From positions 74,710,001 through 74,774,000 of the forward strand of contig NC_043002.1 of NCBI RefSeq assembly GCF_006345805.1: a DNA stretch of 64,000 nt, read 5' to 3'. This document shows, piece by piece, positions 48,782 to 62,638 of the stretch. Made by a program: the position numbers and the translations under genes. This DNA is from Octopus sinensis. Its lineage: Eukaryota. Each line of letters opens with the position of its first letter. The stretch's first letter is position 1. The notes beneath the pieces are model-generated. The model saw only the letters and a list, made by a program, of their open reading frames with translations, did no database searches and was not told the DNA's origin.

Positions 48782-50017
48782 GAATCCCAGATACTTTTGT
48801 CTTACATTGTAGCAGTTTAACTACTCAATTACACTGCTTCAATTGAAATATTTCCCATTTCCCCTTTTCTCTATTCTTCTTTCTCTTTATACTCCTCTTA
48901 TTTTTCTATGCTTATCCACCTATTTCTCTCTCTCTCTTTTCACTTTATATTCTTCCCTAACTCTTTCTCTTCCCATTTCTCTCTTCTCTCCCTTTTCTTA
49001 CACGCACACACACACTCTCTCTTTTATGCTTTCTTCTCCTTGTTTTCTTCCTGACTCCTTCCTCATCTACTCTCTCTCTCTCTCTCATGCTTTCTTCTAC
49101 TCCTTGTTTTCTTCCTGACTCCTTCCTCATTTGCTCTCTCTCTCTCTCTCTCTCTCTCTCTAGTGTCCTCTGTTCTCCATTGTTCCTCTTTTTCTCTCTC
49201 CTCATCTCTCTTTTACTAATTTCCTTCACCCCGCTTCCCTTCTCTCTATTATCATCTCTTTTTCCTCCCTTATTTCTATTAGATTACTTTAAACTGTCTG
49301 TCTCTCCCTTCCCTCTTCCTATTGTCCTTCTTTCTTCCTCTTCCTACTCATTCCCCTCTTTTTCCCTTCTGCTTATGTTCATCCACCCTTTTCCTCCTGC
49401 ACTGTTTCTTCTCTACACCACCACCACCACCACCACCACTTCTACCCTGTAGCAGCTGTTCTGCACCATTCTTGCCAGCTTCCATTAATTGTTATATACA
49501 TCATGTTTTTAAATACCCATCACTGTTTACAACACTTCACTATTTTCTCATTTCCCCTTCTTCTCACCTCCTCTCCTTCCTCCTCATCTCCATTTATTTC
49601 CTTTTATTGTTTATTATTATTATTTGTTGATTATTTTTTTTTCTTTCTCCTCATTTTAAGTTGAGGGAGGTCAATATAGAAATAAGGTGGAAGAGAAGGG
49701 TGTAGATAAAGAAAGAGATACATTACAAATTCTCTGTGTATGTGTGCGCGCATGCATTATCATCATCATCATATGTTAGTTTTCCATACACACACATATG
49801 AGTATACACATGCAGAGAGAGAGAGAGAGAGAAAGAGAAGGCGAGAGGGAGGGAATGAAAATAAGGGACAGTGAAAGAATAGATTGAAGGAGAGGGTCTT
49901 TGATTGAGAGAGATACATAAGGATACAAAGAGATGCAGATTGATGGGAAGATTGAGGTAAAATGATAGGTGTGTGTGTGTGTATAACAGAAAGGGTGTCA
50001 GAAAGAGATACAAAATG

Positions 50018-50056
<39 letters not shown>

Positions 50057-50084
50057 TTGGGTCTTGGGAGAGTTATGAAGCCAG

Positions 50085-50143
<59 letters not shown>

Positions 50144-50565
50144 GAGCAGGGTGTCAGAAAGGGATACAAACGGGTAGGAAAAGAAAGAAAGACTGCTAAA
50201 ACTGTGAATAAAAAGGGATGAGAGAGATAGAGAGAGAACATGGAGACAGAGAAGCTGAGAAAATAAAGTGTCTTTCCTTTTCTCTTTCTATCTCTCTTCT
50301 ATACACACACACATACATACACATGCATACACTCTTAAAGTAAACTTAAGAGAAACAATAGGAAAACGTTAAATACATTTAATAAAAAAAAAAGTTCACT
50401 GGAAGTGAAATTGTTATTTAAGATGTTTTTTCCTTTGTTTATTCTAGCTGAAGATGTTTGCTTTGTTTTATTGTCCTTTATTACATCAGAATTGGCTAGA
50501 GAAACATCCTTTGGATAACTAACTGTTCACTGCTTCTTCTAATAATTACAGCACACATTCTGTTC

Positions 50566-50603
<38 letters not shown>

Positions 50604-50811
50604 CATGTTTATATACATGCATGTGTATGTATAGACACACGTATTTGTGTGTATACACATGTATGTGTATGTTCATATTTGTGCGTGTATATGTGTATGT
50701 GTGTATACATATGTATATATATATGTGTGTATATGTATGTATGTGTATATACATATGTATGTATGTGTATATACATATGTGTGTGTATATACATATGTAT
50801 ATATGTGTGTT

Positions 50812-50856
<45 letters not shown>

Positions 50857-51876
50857 GTAAACATACATAAGCATGCATGGATCTGTTGAAACTTAGATTC
50901 ACAATACAGACCCTCATGGATATGTACATTGTATACACACACACACAATTATATGTTATGCATACATACATGTGTGTGTGCATGTATGCATATTTATATA
51001 AATAAAGAAATGCACCTGTGAATATACAAATGTGTACAGATACATACATGCATGCATGTGTACACCAAGATACATACACCAATTACGCTCATCTCAATCT
51101 TCCCCTTCCACCAACCACTGCTACCACCATCGCCCCCATCAATTTTTTTTTTTCCCTTTTTTTCTTTGGGAGAAATTTTGCTGGCATATGTTGAATAGGT
51201 ATGCAGTATAGCATACTGTCGCTCTTCTTGACACATGCACATACATGTAACTACATAGGCACGCATACACGACTACACAGAAAGGAATTCATCAACATTT
51301 GCATTTCTATGTGTGTTCCTGTGTGTGTGAGTGCACTGGTATATATGCTTTCCAATTTAAAACCTTAATATGTATACTGATTTTTTTTGTTTTTTATTTT
51401 TATTTATTTTTATTTATTTTTATGTTTTTAATGGATGACATCTTCATGATAGCATTGTATACACACACATACACACACACACAGATTTATAAACATTCAT
51501 CTTCTACATATTAACTTCTACAGATCTTCTCCACCTACTTGTGCTTTCTTTGAGATTTGTTTCATTTTCTGTCTTACATTTCTCTTTTTCTTTTTTTCCA
51601 TCCTCTTCCTTTTTTCCTTTCTTTTCACAGTATTTATTTATTTATTTCATTTATTTACATATTTTTTAAAGCTATTCAATTTTATTGAATTTTTATTTTA
51701 TTTTATTAAAAATTTTTTTTTTCTTTTAATTCATCAATCTCTATTCAATAATTCTTTTTCCTATAGTAGTCTCATTGAATATTTTTCATTCTGATTTCAA
51801 AAATTTTCCTATATTTTTTTTTTCATTTGTTTGTTTCTTTGTTCTTATGCTAGATTTTTATTGTTTTTTTTTTGTA

Positions 51877-51913
<37 letters not shown>

Positions 51914-52235
51914 TTTAGTTTTCATATTTTAATGTTGATATTCATTGATTTACATTTAAACACACACGCACATGCAAAACACACACATACACACAGAAAC
52001 ACAAGGTAACCAAACACATACACACAACAACAAGAATGCACACATAACCACACACACACTTAAAAGATGATGGAAACAAGGAAAAACAAGAAATCCATTC
52101 TCTCTATATTCCCTTTTGACATTCTTTTAAACCCTTTTCGTCCCCCTTCTCTCTCTGTCTATCTTTCTATGTCTCTCCTTTCTTCAAATTTCTCTTCTTC
52201 ACATATTCACCCCTACCCCTCTCACACACCTTTCC

Positions 52236-52267
<32 letters not shown>

Positions 52268-52435
52268 ACTATATTATGAAAGCCAACAACCTCTCCCTCC
52301 TCAAACTGTTCTGTCTTCATACCCTACCCCCACCTTTGTCTTCCACTGCCATTCTCCTCCCGCTTGTTTATTTATCTATTTATTAGTATTGTGAGTGTTT
52401 GTGTGTGTGTGTATGTGTACACAAATATGTATGTA

Positions 52436-52509
<74 letters not shown>

Positions 52510-53470
52510 GTATGTAATTTTGAATGTGTGTGTCTTCTTTCCCAAATAATTCCCATCAAATAGGCAAACTTAGAAAATCTATTTTCAGATCAACCTAATA
52601 GATTTTCTTTTCATAACCAATTTCAATGTTTCTTCTCTTGTTATTTAGGTTTCCAAGTTTTTAATTTTCTTTTTTCCTTGTTTTTTTTTTTCAATTTTTT
52701 TTTCCTTTTCTCTTCAGTCTTTATTTTCTCTCTCTCTCTCTTTTTTTTTGTATTTTTGTGTCTCATTTTCTTTTCTCCATAAGATCACGGAAAAAATATT
52801 TTCTTCGTATTTCTGTTCGAGGTTTTTTCTTTTTTTCATTTCTTCATCTGAGAGATGAACGCCATCTCTATTAACTTTCTTTCTTCTTTAGTTAATCTAA
52901 TTTAAATTTTTTTTCTTCTTTTCACATTCATACTCACTTCTTTTTTTTCTTTCCTTCTCTTTTCAAACACTCACCTTACTTTTTTTTTTTTACTATTATG
53001 AATTTCATTCTTTCTCTCCTCTTCCCTAATTTCTCTTTCTTCCTCTCCCTTCCTTTTTACTCTTTTCTTTCTCTAATTTTCTTTCTTTTTTTAGCTTCCT
53101 CATTCATTCCATTCTTTGTCCTCAACCGTTTCCCTCTCTCTTTCTCTCTCTCTTACTCTTTCCTATTTATTCATAATATTTCATTTATAAATACTCTATT
53201 TATTCTATATTGTGTTTCCAAATCCCTCCTTCTATATAACTTATCCCCTCCCACTATTCTACATTTCCCATTTCAATACTACCACCAATTTTATTTCTAG
53301 GCTCAAACATAAAAAAGACAAAAACAAAAAAAAAGTACCCTAAAGAAAAAGGCTAGCTTTGACCTTTCTTCATTTTGTCATTCTTTTCTGAATCCTTTTC
53401 TGAACTCTATTACATAAATGCATGCATGTGTGCACACATGTGCATGCACACACCTGTAGCTGTCAACTTC
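48782..53470. repeat. Extended low-complexity region (CT-, CA-, TA- and T-rich tracts)
   Basis: Seen directly. It explains the many spurious low-complexity ORFs. Confidence 0.85.
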
Positions 53471-56400
53471 CATGGTACTCTTGCAATCCCATCTTTCATG
53501 TGGGTTTGTTTATTTATCCATAGTTCAGTACGATTATAGCCAGCCATCACTTACAAGGAAGTATGGTTTGGTAACCTGCATCATACTTTCACTAATTGTT
53601 TTAGGTGCCTATGAAGTCACAAGCAGACGTAGATATTCTATCAGGGCTCTTCACTAGAACTGCCGTACTATGATAGTTGGCGGGAGAGAGGGTTGTACCT
53701 GTTCTTGGCTGAATAGATTGAAGCAGTGTGCAATGATGTTTCTTGCCCAAGAACACAATGCACTTCTGTCTAGGAATTGAACCCAAAACCTTATGCTAAT
53801 TAGCCAAACACTACAACCACTTGGTCATGAGCTTTCACATTTTGCCCACAGCTCAGGTGATAACACCACTTCTTTTTTGTTTTTCCTTCTTTTTGCTTCA
53901 CTCTTGTACTAAAGGCAAAGACCTGAACTGTATGTGGTTTACTCTACACAACCATAGAACTTACCAAAATTTCCTATGGTCTAATTCAGTCTTGAGCAGA
54001 CTGTGTCCTGAAGGTCTTTCTGAATGATATGCCTAATGAAACATTACCTTGAGGTTTTTGTTTTCTTTTTTTTTTAAGCAGTGTAACCCATCTGTTGATG
54101 AGTCACATCTCCTGTGGCCTGCTTCGAAAAAATGGAAAAAAGAAAAGGAGTTGCTAATGCCTGATCTAATTGTTACCATGATATTTAATATCAGTCTTCT
54201 TTGGGTTCTGTTGGTTTCCAATTGTCATCTTGTCTCAATGTTTTCTTTGATGGCTTCTCCTCACACTCTCAGTCTGAAAGTATCAATATTTCTGTCTCTC
54301 TTATTGGCATAGCTTTGACCTCACTACACTAGTCACCAATCTGTGTTCTTTTACTGCTGTTGCCTGACCTAACCCCACCCCACCCCACCCCACCATGCTA
54401 ACTGTTGGCCTTTTGTCTTGACTCCATCTTGCTACACTATTGACCTTCTCATTTCTGACTCCTGCTAGGATAGCTCTGAACCCCACTACACTAGCTATCA
54501 GTGGTACCCATGTCTTCTTTACCATTGCCAGCTAACACACTCCTCTAATGTGAATTGCCCCTTGTCTTTCTTACTGACACCTAGTTACCAATTAACCCCA
54601 CATTTGGCACTTAACCGTTCCTGTCTCTACCTGATTACTACTGTCAAATTTAAACACTTTACCTCACACTACTGTCTATTGCTATGTGTCCACACAATCT
54701 AACTCTTTGCATCCACCTCCTACATAGATGTCTAGTGCCAGGTTTCCATAGACACTTAGACCTCCCACACAGCTGTTCACTGACATGTCTGGATCTATCC
54801 TCGATGTCTACTTACACTCTCCTGTCACACAACTGTCCACTATCACAAAGTCCATTGTTTCTAAATGTCTACTTTCATACTTTGACACAGCAGTACACTG
54901 CCATTTCAATTCTTTGTAAAAAGTAAAAGGACAGGAATCTGGTTTACTTTCTATCTTTTTTTTTTTGTTTCTCACTCTATTTTTCTCATATTTCTCTCCC
55001 TCTCTACTTTTGAACACCCCCTTCACTGTTTGATTACTACATCTCTATCCTTCTTCTTCCAGTTTTATTTTCATTCTTTTCTCACTTATCCAACCCCCCT
55101 ACTTTCCTATCTATTAATTCTTCCATTCTTTCTTTTCACCTTCAGCTCTCTTGTCCTTCATATACTTTGTACTCCAATTCATTTCCCTCTATCTCTCACT
55201 TTTAGATTACACTTTCTTGTCTCCCTCACTTTCTCTCTTCACACACACACACACACACTTGCAGATGTTTCAAAAGTTTTGTATCTGATGCTGATTCCTT
55301 CCAGTAATCTCAAATTATTGTTTATTTGTCATAGGTTGGTCTCTAAAACTTTTGGAATACCCCAATTATCTCTCTCTCAGTTCTCCTTCTGTCTAATTAG
55401 ATTCTCTCCCTCCCTCTCTCTCTCACTACTTTCTTCCTGTTTTCTGCCTTTTCCTCTCATTTTACTTTCCCTCTTCATCTCTTACTGTTTCTTTCAACTG
55501 TCTCTCTCTCTCTCTTTTGAATATCTATCTGTATCTTTTTCTGTCACTTAACTCTCCTCTCTCTCTCTCTCTCTTTCTCATTTAGCAGTCTCTCTCTGTT
55601 GCTCACTTCACTGTCTCTGTCACTCTCACTTAGCTTTCTTTCTCTCTTCCTCTCAATTATCTTTCTCTCCCTCCCTCATAAATTTAACTCTCTCTCTCTC
55701 CACTCTCTCTTACACTAAACTCTCTATTTCTCTTTTCCTTTCTCTCCTTTCCCTCAAGTCTTTCTCTGTCTCTTGCATATGGCACTTTCTCCTACTCTAA
55801 CTCTTTCTTGCACTTAACACACACACACACACACACACACACTGTCTGTCTCACCTCTCCCCACACCTTTCACCTCTACTCACTTTTCAGTGCATCATTT
55901 GTTTGCTTTAGCAGCCAACAGTAAATCAAGCTTGTTTGCAAAGCATGTGTTTCTGCTGAAACTTGTCTTGTGCTTCCATGTTGAGACATGAGTTTTTAAA
56001 GTTTATTCCCAAACAAAATGTCAACAGGTTTTCTTGTTTTTATTTAAAAAAAAAAAAATTTTCTTTTTTTTTTATGACTGTTAAGTGGTGAAGTGATTAT
56101 GATTAGGGAGGAACAAGGGAGGTGGAGGTAGGAATGTTAGGAGTAGAATTATGTATGGGGTGACTGGATGCCACTACAACACAACCTGAAAGGCACTTTA
56201 AGCTGTTTTGTGTGTGTGTGTGTGTGTGTGTTTTTTTTGCTTGGTGTTATTGTGATGATATCCAGTTCTAGTAGTTGTAGTTGAAAAATAACTGATGTTT
56301 GTTGGTTGCTTGGTGTTTGCATGTGTTTTTCTTTTTTTTTTTCTTAGAGAGAAGCTAATGCATTTTGTTTGTGAATGTTTAACATGTGCATTTATACAAT

Positions 56401-59400
56401 CATACACACATACATGTGCACATACATGTGTGCAGGCTTGTTCAATTCAGGATTCTATGCCTTTCCAGTTCCATGCTTGTATGAAATGAATAGATATCAT
56501 GTCAGTTTTTGATGAACATCTGTTGCAGTTGTTACCATCATCATCATTTTCACATCCGTTTTCCATGCTGGCATGGATTACATGGCTTCACAGGAATTGG
56601 GAAGGTCAGGGGCTATACCAGATTCATAGTTTGTTTTGGCAAGGATTCTGCAGCTGGATGCCTTTCCTATTTCCAACCACTTTACAGAATGTACTGGGTG
56701 CCTTTTATGTGTCACCAGCACCAATGTTTTTTAAGTGGCACCATCACCTATGCATTTTACATGGCACCAACACCAGTACTTTTTACATGGCACCACCACT
56801 TTTTATGTGGCACTGTGATCTTAGAATATCAGTCAGCAGACCTACTCATTGAGAATTCCACAGATACTGTGGTTAAGAAGTCTTCTTTCCAACCATTTAT
56901 AGTTGGGTTTGGTCCCATTGTGTAGCACCTTGGGCAACTATCTTCTACTATAGCCTTGGGCTAACTAAAGCCTTGTGACTGGATTTGATGCAAACTGTAA
57001 GAAGCTCATTGTGTGTGCTTTAATGTCTCTTCGTCTCAAGATCATGTGATATTTGTAAATGGACATCACCATCATATAAGTTGTGTCCTTCATTTCCAAT
57101 CTTCTGTGGAAACATATGGCAGTGGGGAAATATTACATTACTTGAAAGTGGGTGAGGGTTGGCAACAGGAAGGTCAACTTGCCATAGAAAGCCTGCTTCG
57201 ATGAATTCTATCCAACCCATGCAACAATAGAAAAGTGGATGTTAAAATGATGTTGATGTTGATAATTACTTCCGACCTCAACATGATTCTCACTGTGATA
57301 GTGCATGTGACAAAGCTAGGCTCTTGAAATACAGGTCCACTCAATGCAACTGGCTTCCTCACAGTTTCCATTTAGTTTCTACCCATTTTCACTTGCAAGG
57401 CTATGCCAGAGGACCCTTCCCCCAAAACCACTGCATAGTAGTATTGAACCTGAGACCCTTGTGACTGAGAAGCAAACTTTTCAACGATTTCTGCTATGAA
57501 CCTGTCATACATCTTTGCTCACAAACAGGCATGCATGTTTGTATGCATGTACACCCTTTAGACTTGTGGTGTTTGGCAGTTGGATCACATAAAGGTTAGT
57601 GAGGGGTTGGATCGGCAGTGTTGTTAATTTCAGGTACTTTGCATTGCAGCATTCCTTCAGGTTCTCAACATGCTAAGTTCAAATATTGCCATGGTCAACT
57701 CTACCTTTTGTCCTTTCTGGGTTAATAAAGTACCAGTCTTGTCCTAGAGTTTTCCTTCCTTTCTTCTCTTCTCTCCCTGCCACCTTCATCCTTCTTTTCC
57801 ATTCCCCTTCCTCCCTCCCTCTCGCTCCTTCCCTTCCTTCCCTAAAGAATAACAGAAGCTGTGTGCATGTACCACACATGGTTATCTTTATAATAAGCAG
57901 TATATTTGTTATGCTTTGTCAACTTAATTTGCAGCGTCGAAGCAGTTACTTCATGTTGCCGGTCACGTTGCATTTATTTCAAGTTGCAGGTCATGTTGCA
58001 TTTATTTAAGTTCATTGAATGGCATTTCAAAGTTGCAATACTTGTCATACTAAACAAAAGCTGATATTTCATCCCTCATGTAACAGCTGTAGAATTATCG
58101 TTCTTCTTTGCTTTCATTTTATCATTTTCAAAGAACATAAGATATAATCTTGTAGCTGTTGGGAATCCCTGCAGTTTCTGTAAATAATAACTGTGGCTAA
58201 GAGCCAGCTACGTAGATCTTTAAGACTTATTTATTTTTCATTATTTCTTTGTCCTTTCTCTCTGATAGATATTGTATTCTTAAAACAGCATTTACTTCGG
58301 ATGAATAGCACAATAAATTTGCCTTTCACAGTGTTGATATTAAATATGATGTGTAGATTGCTATTTCAAACTAATACTGTTTATGTTGCATATAAGGAAT
58401 TTTTATTCAATTGAGCAGCTATTTACATCATCAGTGATTGTTTATTCACTGGTTTTCTATAATACTGGTAGCGACAAATTTCATCTAAGCATGCAATTGA
58501 CTGTGAGTACACTCTGTTCAATGCTAAATGAAGTAGAATTGCATCTAGCATTATCACTAGCCTCTGTTGGGAAATTTTCATCTCCCTTGAATATACATTG
58601 TGTTTTTAAGCACAGCATGTCCATTAGAGATGTTATCTCAGGACGAATACAGCAGTAAAATTGCCTCTCACAATGTATTTACTTTAAGTATGATACATAA
58701 TTGGTTATTTTAATCTAATACTACTTCTGTTGCATGAAATGGATTTTTGGACTTGTTGTTATTATTGTTGCTGTCTGGTTTAATTTCTTTTCTAATTTAG
58801 CATGTATTAAGAAACTATTCCATTTAACTGATGTTAGTAGAAGGATTTTATATCAGTTATAGTTTATTCTCTTTCTTGTCTTGCCTCACTTTATTAATCT
58901 TACTTCAGAAACTTGTTATAGCTTCAGATAAAAGAAAAGTTTATTGATTTACATAAAAAAAAAAAATAAAGCATGTTTCCATTGTACTTAAAAATGGTGT
59001 ATATTTGTTTATCTGATTGACAAACTGGACTTTTATATTTCTTAGTCTTGGCTCCAGTCTATTCTGAATATGAATCTGAAAGTTAGAATGTTCCATAATT
59101 GAACGAAACAATGTTTTGATAAAGTCAGTGATGTTGCAGTAACTTTGAGTTCCTTATGTAATGCAGTAATGAAGAACGTGTGTGTGTGCATAAGAGTTAG
59201 GTAATAAGTACATTGAGGAATTTAGCATGTTATTAGGTGTCTGCCAGGACCTGGTTCCCCAGTCTCTTCTTGTTTATTGTAGTTCTTCAGAAAAATTAAA
59301 ACGAAATTCTGGTTGCTTGTGTGAACTTCTTCATGCTAATGTTTTAATTCCCATAGCCAAATCATTCTAAGAATTAGAGTAAAAATGCCTAAATAGAAAG

Positions 59401-59859
59401 CAGGGTTTAGAATTGATAGGACTGAAGTCAATTTAGCAAAACTGAAAAGTCTTAACAGAAAAGATGATAACACTACTGCTCCATACTGGAAATTAGTAGC
59501 AGTTGCTTTATATGCAGGAAGGGAAATTGTAAAAGTTCTATACTATGCACCCAGTGAAAATAACTGGTACACAAAAAGTGTATTGGATAGGTTGATAGAG
59601 CAGCAGGAGTTTGTTATTTTATAGATGCACAGAAGTAGCAAGCAGAAATAGCACAACGCTTGTTAGATGTAGGTGATACGTTAATTTTGTTATTTAAAGG
59701 GACCTATCTGTAGCAAAGGCTGATCTTGTGAAAATTTGGAGCCAGAGTAAGGCTGGAGTGGATGAAGTTCAAGTATCTATTACCTCTATATTGACAACAA
59801 AGGTCTCTCTCTCTCTCTGAAGAGCAGACTATTTTATGTTTATGTATCGAGTGTGATCA

Positions 59860-60055
59860 TGATCATCATCATCATATAATGTCTGCTTTCCATGATGGCA
59901 TGGGTTGGACGGTTCGACTGGGGTCTGGGAAGCTAGGAGGCTGCACCAGGCCCCAATCTGATCTGGCAGTGTTTCTACAGCTGGATGCCCTTCCTAATGC
60001 TAACCACTCTGAGAGTGTAGTGTCTGCTTTATATGTGCCACTGGCACAGGGGCCA
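59860..60055 (-). mobile_element. RTE 3' tail copy
   Basis: (CAT)n followed by the reverse complement of the 30520-30684 tail. Confidence 0.88.
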
Positions 60056-60059
60056 GAGG

Positions 60060-60278
60060 ATAGGTTTCAAATTTTGGCATAAAGGCCGGCAACTTTGGAA
60101 GAGGGGGTAAGTTGATTACATTGACCCCAGTGCTCAACTGGTACTTATTTTATCAACCCCAAATGGATGAAAGGTAAAGTTGATCCCGGCAGTATTTGAA
60201 CTCAGAACATAAAGTCTGAAGAACTGTCGCAAAGCAATTTTTTTCGGCACAGTAACAATTCTGCCAGCTTGCTGCCTT
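60060..60278 (-). mobile_element. SINE family A copy
   Basis: Reverse complement of the GGCAGCAAGCTGGCAGAATTG head through to the GAAACC tail. Confidence 0.85.
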
Positions 60279-60884
60279 GCATGGAGTGTAATATTGTATG
60301 GTAACTAGACATGAGTGCTGAATGTGGATGATATGCAAGGGATGAAAAGAACATGATTAGGCTGAGAGAAAAACAGGGTGCCACAGGTATCTCAGTGCAA
60401 TGTACAAGGAAAAATTGCAGAGCTATTAATGTGATATGAGCAAAGAAAGATAGATGAAAAAGTGTGTAATAACGTGTATAAGAGTTTGCAGAAGTGGTAG
60501 TCCAAAGATGTGGGTAGAAGTGATTAGGACATTTCTCAAGGTACTAAGTGCCTCAAAACCTATGACGAGTGGAAAAACCTTGTCTTGAAACTAATCCACA
60601 AAACTCTGAATGGGGGGGGGGAGACAAATATTTTGTTTGTGATAAAACGAGATAAAAAATTGAAAAGTTTCATGTCAAATAACTCCGTGTTGAATTAGTA
60701 GTGCTGTCGAATCAGTGGCACTAAAGATGAATTGTGCCAAAATGTCTTATAACTGTCTCCCTGCACTTGGGAAATTTTAAATATTAGCCCTCTGAAGCTG
60801 ATGCTTGCAGTTTTGGTCTTCTTGCTGACTGTAAGAATTATCTTTCTTTTCTTGTTTGTTGTTTTAATAAATTCAAGAAATGTT

Positions 60885-61055
60885 GTAAAAGCACCCACTA
60901 CACCCTTGGAGTGGTTGGCATTGGGAAGGGCATCAAGCTGTTGAAACCATGCTAAATCAGATTAGAGCCTGATACAGCTTTCCAGCTTGCCAGCCTTGGT
61001 CAAACTGTCCAACCCATGTCAGCATGGACAATGGACATAAAATGATGATGATGTC
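60885..61055 (+). mobile_element. RTE 3' tail copy
   Basis: AAAAGCACCCACTACAC...AAATGATGATGATG. Confidence 0.85.
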
Positions 61056-61429
61056 ATCAGAATGAGTGAAATTTTAGAACTTTGATACATACTCATATAA
61101 AGTCTAATAAAATATTGACCTAAAAAGTATAATCATCATTATTTAGCATCCATATTCTATGCTGGCATGGATTGGACAGATGTACACACATCAAAAAAAA
61201 TTTACATCATGATTTAAAAAAAAAAAAACATATACCATTACATTCACCTTTGTTTCTTGATTGTATTGTATATTATATAATATCAGAACGTTTCATTATG
61301 CATCTGATGGAAGCCTACTACTGTCTTGTTCTTAGAGGCTTTCAGGAAAACTTTTTTTTGTTTTGCTCCTTTATTTTTATTTATTTACTTAATCATTTAA
61401 AAGCAAAAAATTTTGCAATATATTTTCAG

Positions 61430-61602
61430 AGATGCTGTGGCCGGAAAATCTTCGCTATGTTGTTAGAGATGTTGTAAACCCAGCATGGAAACAGATATAC
61501 CCTCTACGTGAAGACATAAATCTGCAGTTATTCCAGCCTTTGGCAGAGCTTCACGCCAATGTCAATTTCGACAAGCAGTTCAAATTAAATGAAAGGCAGG
61601 AG
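61430..61602 (+). CDS. SMG5: SMG5 internal exon J
   Basis: TTTTCAG acceptor, GAG|GTATGT donor. PLREDINLQLFQPLAELHANVNFD resembles human LLPEDMALRNLPPLRAAHRRFNFD. Phase 1 to 0. The next exon was not found in the window. Confidence 0.92.
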
Positions 61603-62638
61603 GTATGTATAAACAAGGACTTTATATATTCACTGATTCAGTTTGTGTTTAGCTGTTATCACTGGCATTTCTCTCATGGCCTCTCTTGCTTCTTCCAATT
61701 ATTTAAAACTTTTCATACAATTATAACAGAAGAACAACAATAAAATGTTAACTATTCTGGTTAAATCATTAATTTAAGCTTGCCATTAAACACTATCAAG
61801 GAAAATTGTAAGTCTCTTCACAAGACTTAGCTTTTAGCTTTATGGCAATTGAATTTTCTAGGATTCAGCCTTGTTCTTTTACTATTGTTCTGGTACCTAA
61901 CACCTATTTTTTTAAGTAAAACACAGGACTTAAATCTGGATTTTATGATTACCAATGTCCTTTAGTTGTTCAAATGCAAGCCATCTGCATGATCAAAGGT
62001 GTCTCACCTATGAAACTGTAACTAACCTTTTTCTTTTTCAGGTAAAGTGTACTTACTACTACCTTATCTAACATATTCTTTTTAAGACAGTTGTGTGTGA
62101 TTTAAAGGGAACTTGACAGCTATTTTTAGCAGGCAGAGTGACCACAGATCTTTCTTGGACATGGAATCCTTTGAATTGGTTTTTGTTATGGTCAAGATAG
62201 ATTAGGGTAGTGAACTGGATGAGTCATAGGTGTGCTAGGTAGAATACATTTTGGTAAATATTCCAGTACCTTGCATTCTCACTTCAAATCTTACCATTGT
62301 CTACTTTATCTTTCACTCTTCATGGGTCAATAAAATATCAGTCTCAGACAGTCAACCGGGGGGTGGGGGATTGTTGGAAGAGATACCTTGTGGTATTCAT
62401 TCCAGTTCATTGCCTTAAGTTCAAATGCTGCTTTGGTTGATAGATGTAATTTGTTGCAAGCCTTGGGTCCAGGTTTCCAGTTTGAGGATATATTTCCTCT
62501 CACTCAGGCCTTCTTAACTAACATGTGAAAGAGAGAGAGAGAGAGTAGTAGTAGTAGTTAAAAAAACCCCATGAGATCTTTTTCTCTTTTCTAAAGTTAC
62601 TGACCCATCATTAATTACCCCAATGTCTTGTTCACAGT

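Noticed and set aside
54300-54900. Non-low-complexity segment with loose internal direct repeats, possibly a LINE 5' region
   Set aside because: No recognisable motif or second copy in the window, so it cannot be assigned without a search.
57961-58012. ~28-bp tandem duplication GGTCA(C/T)GTTGCATTTATTT(C)AAGTT
   Set aside because: Ordinary slippage duplication with no further structure.
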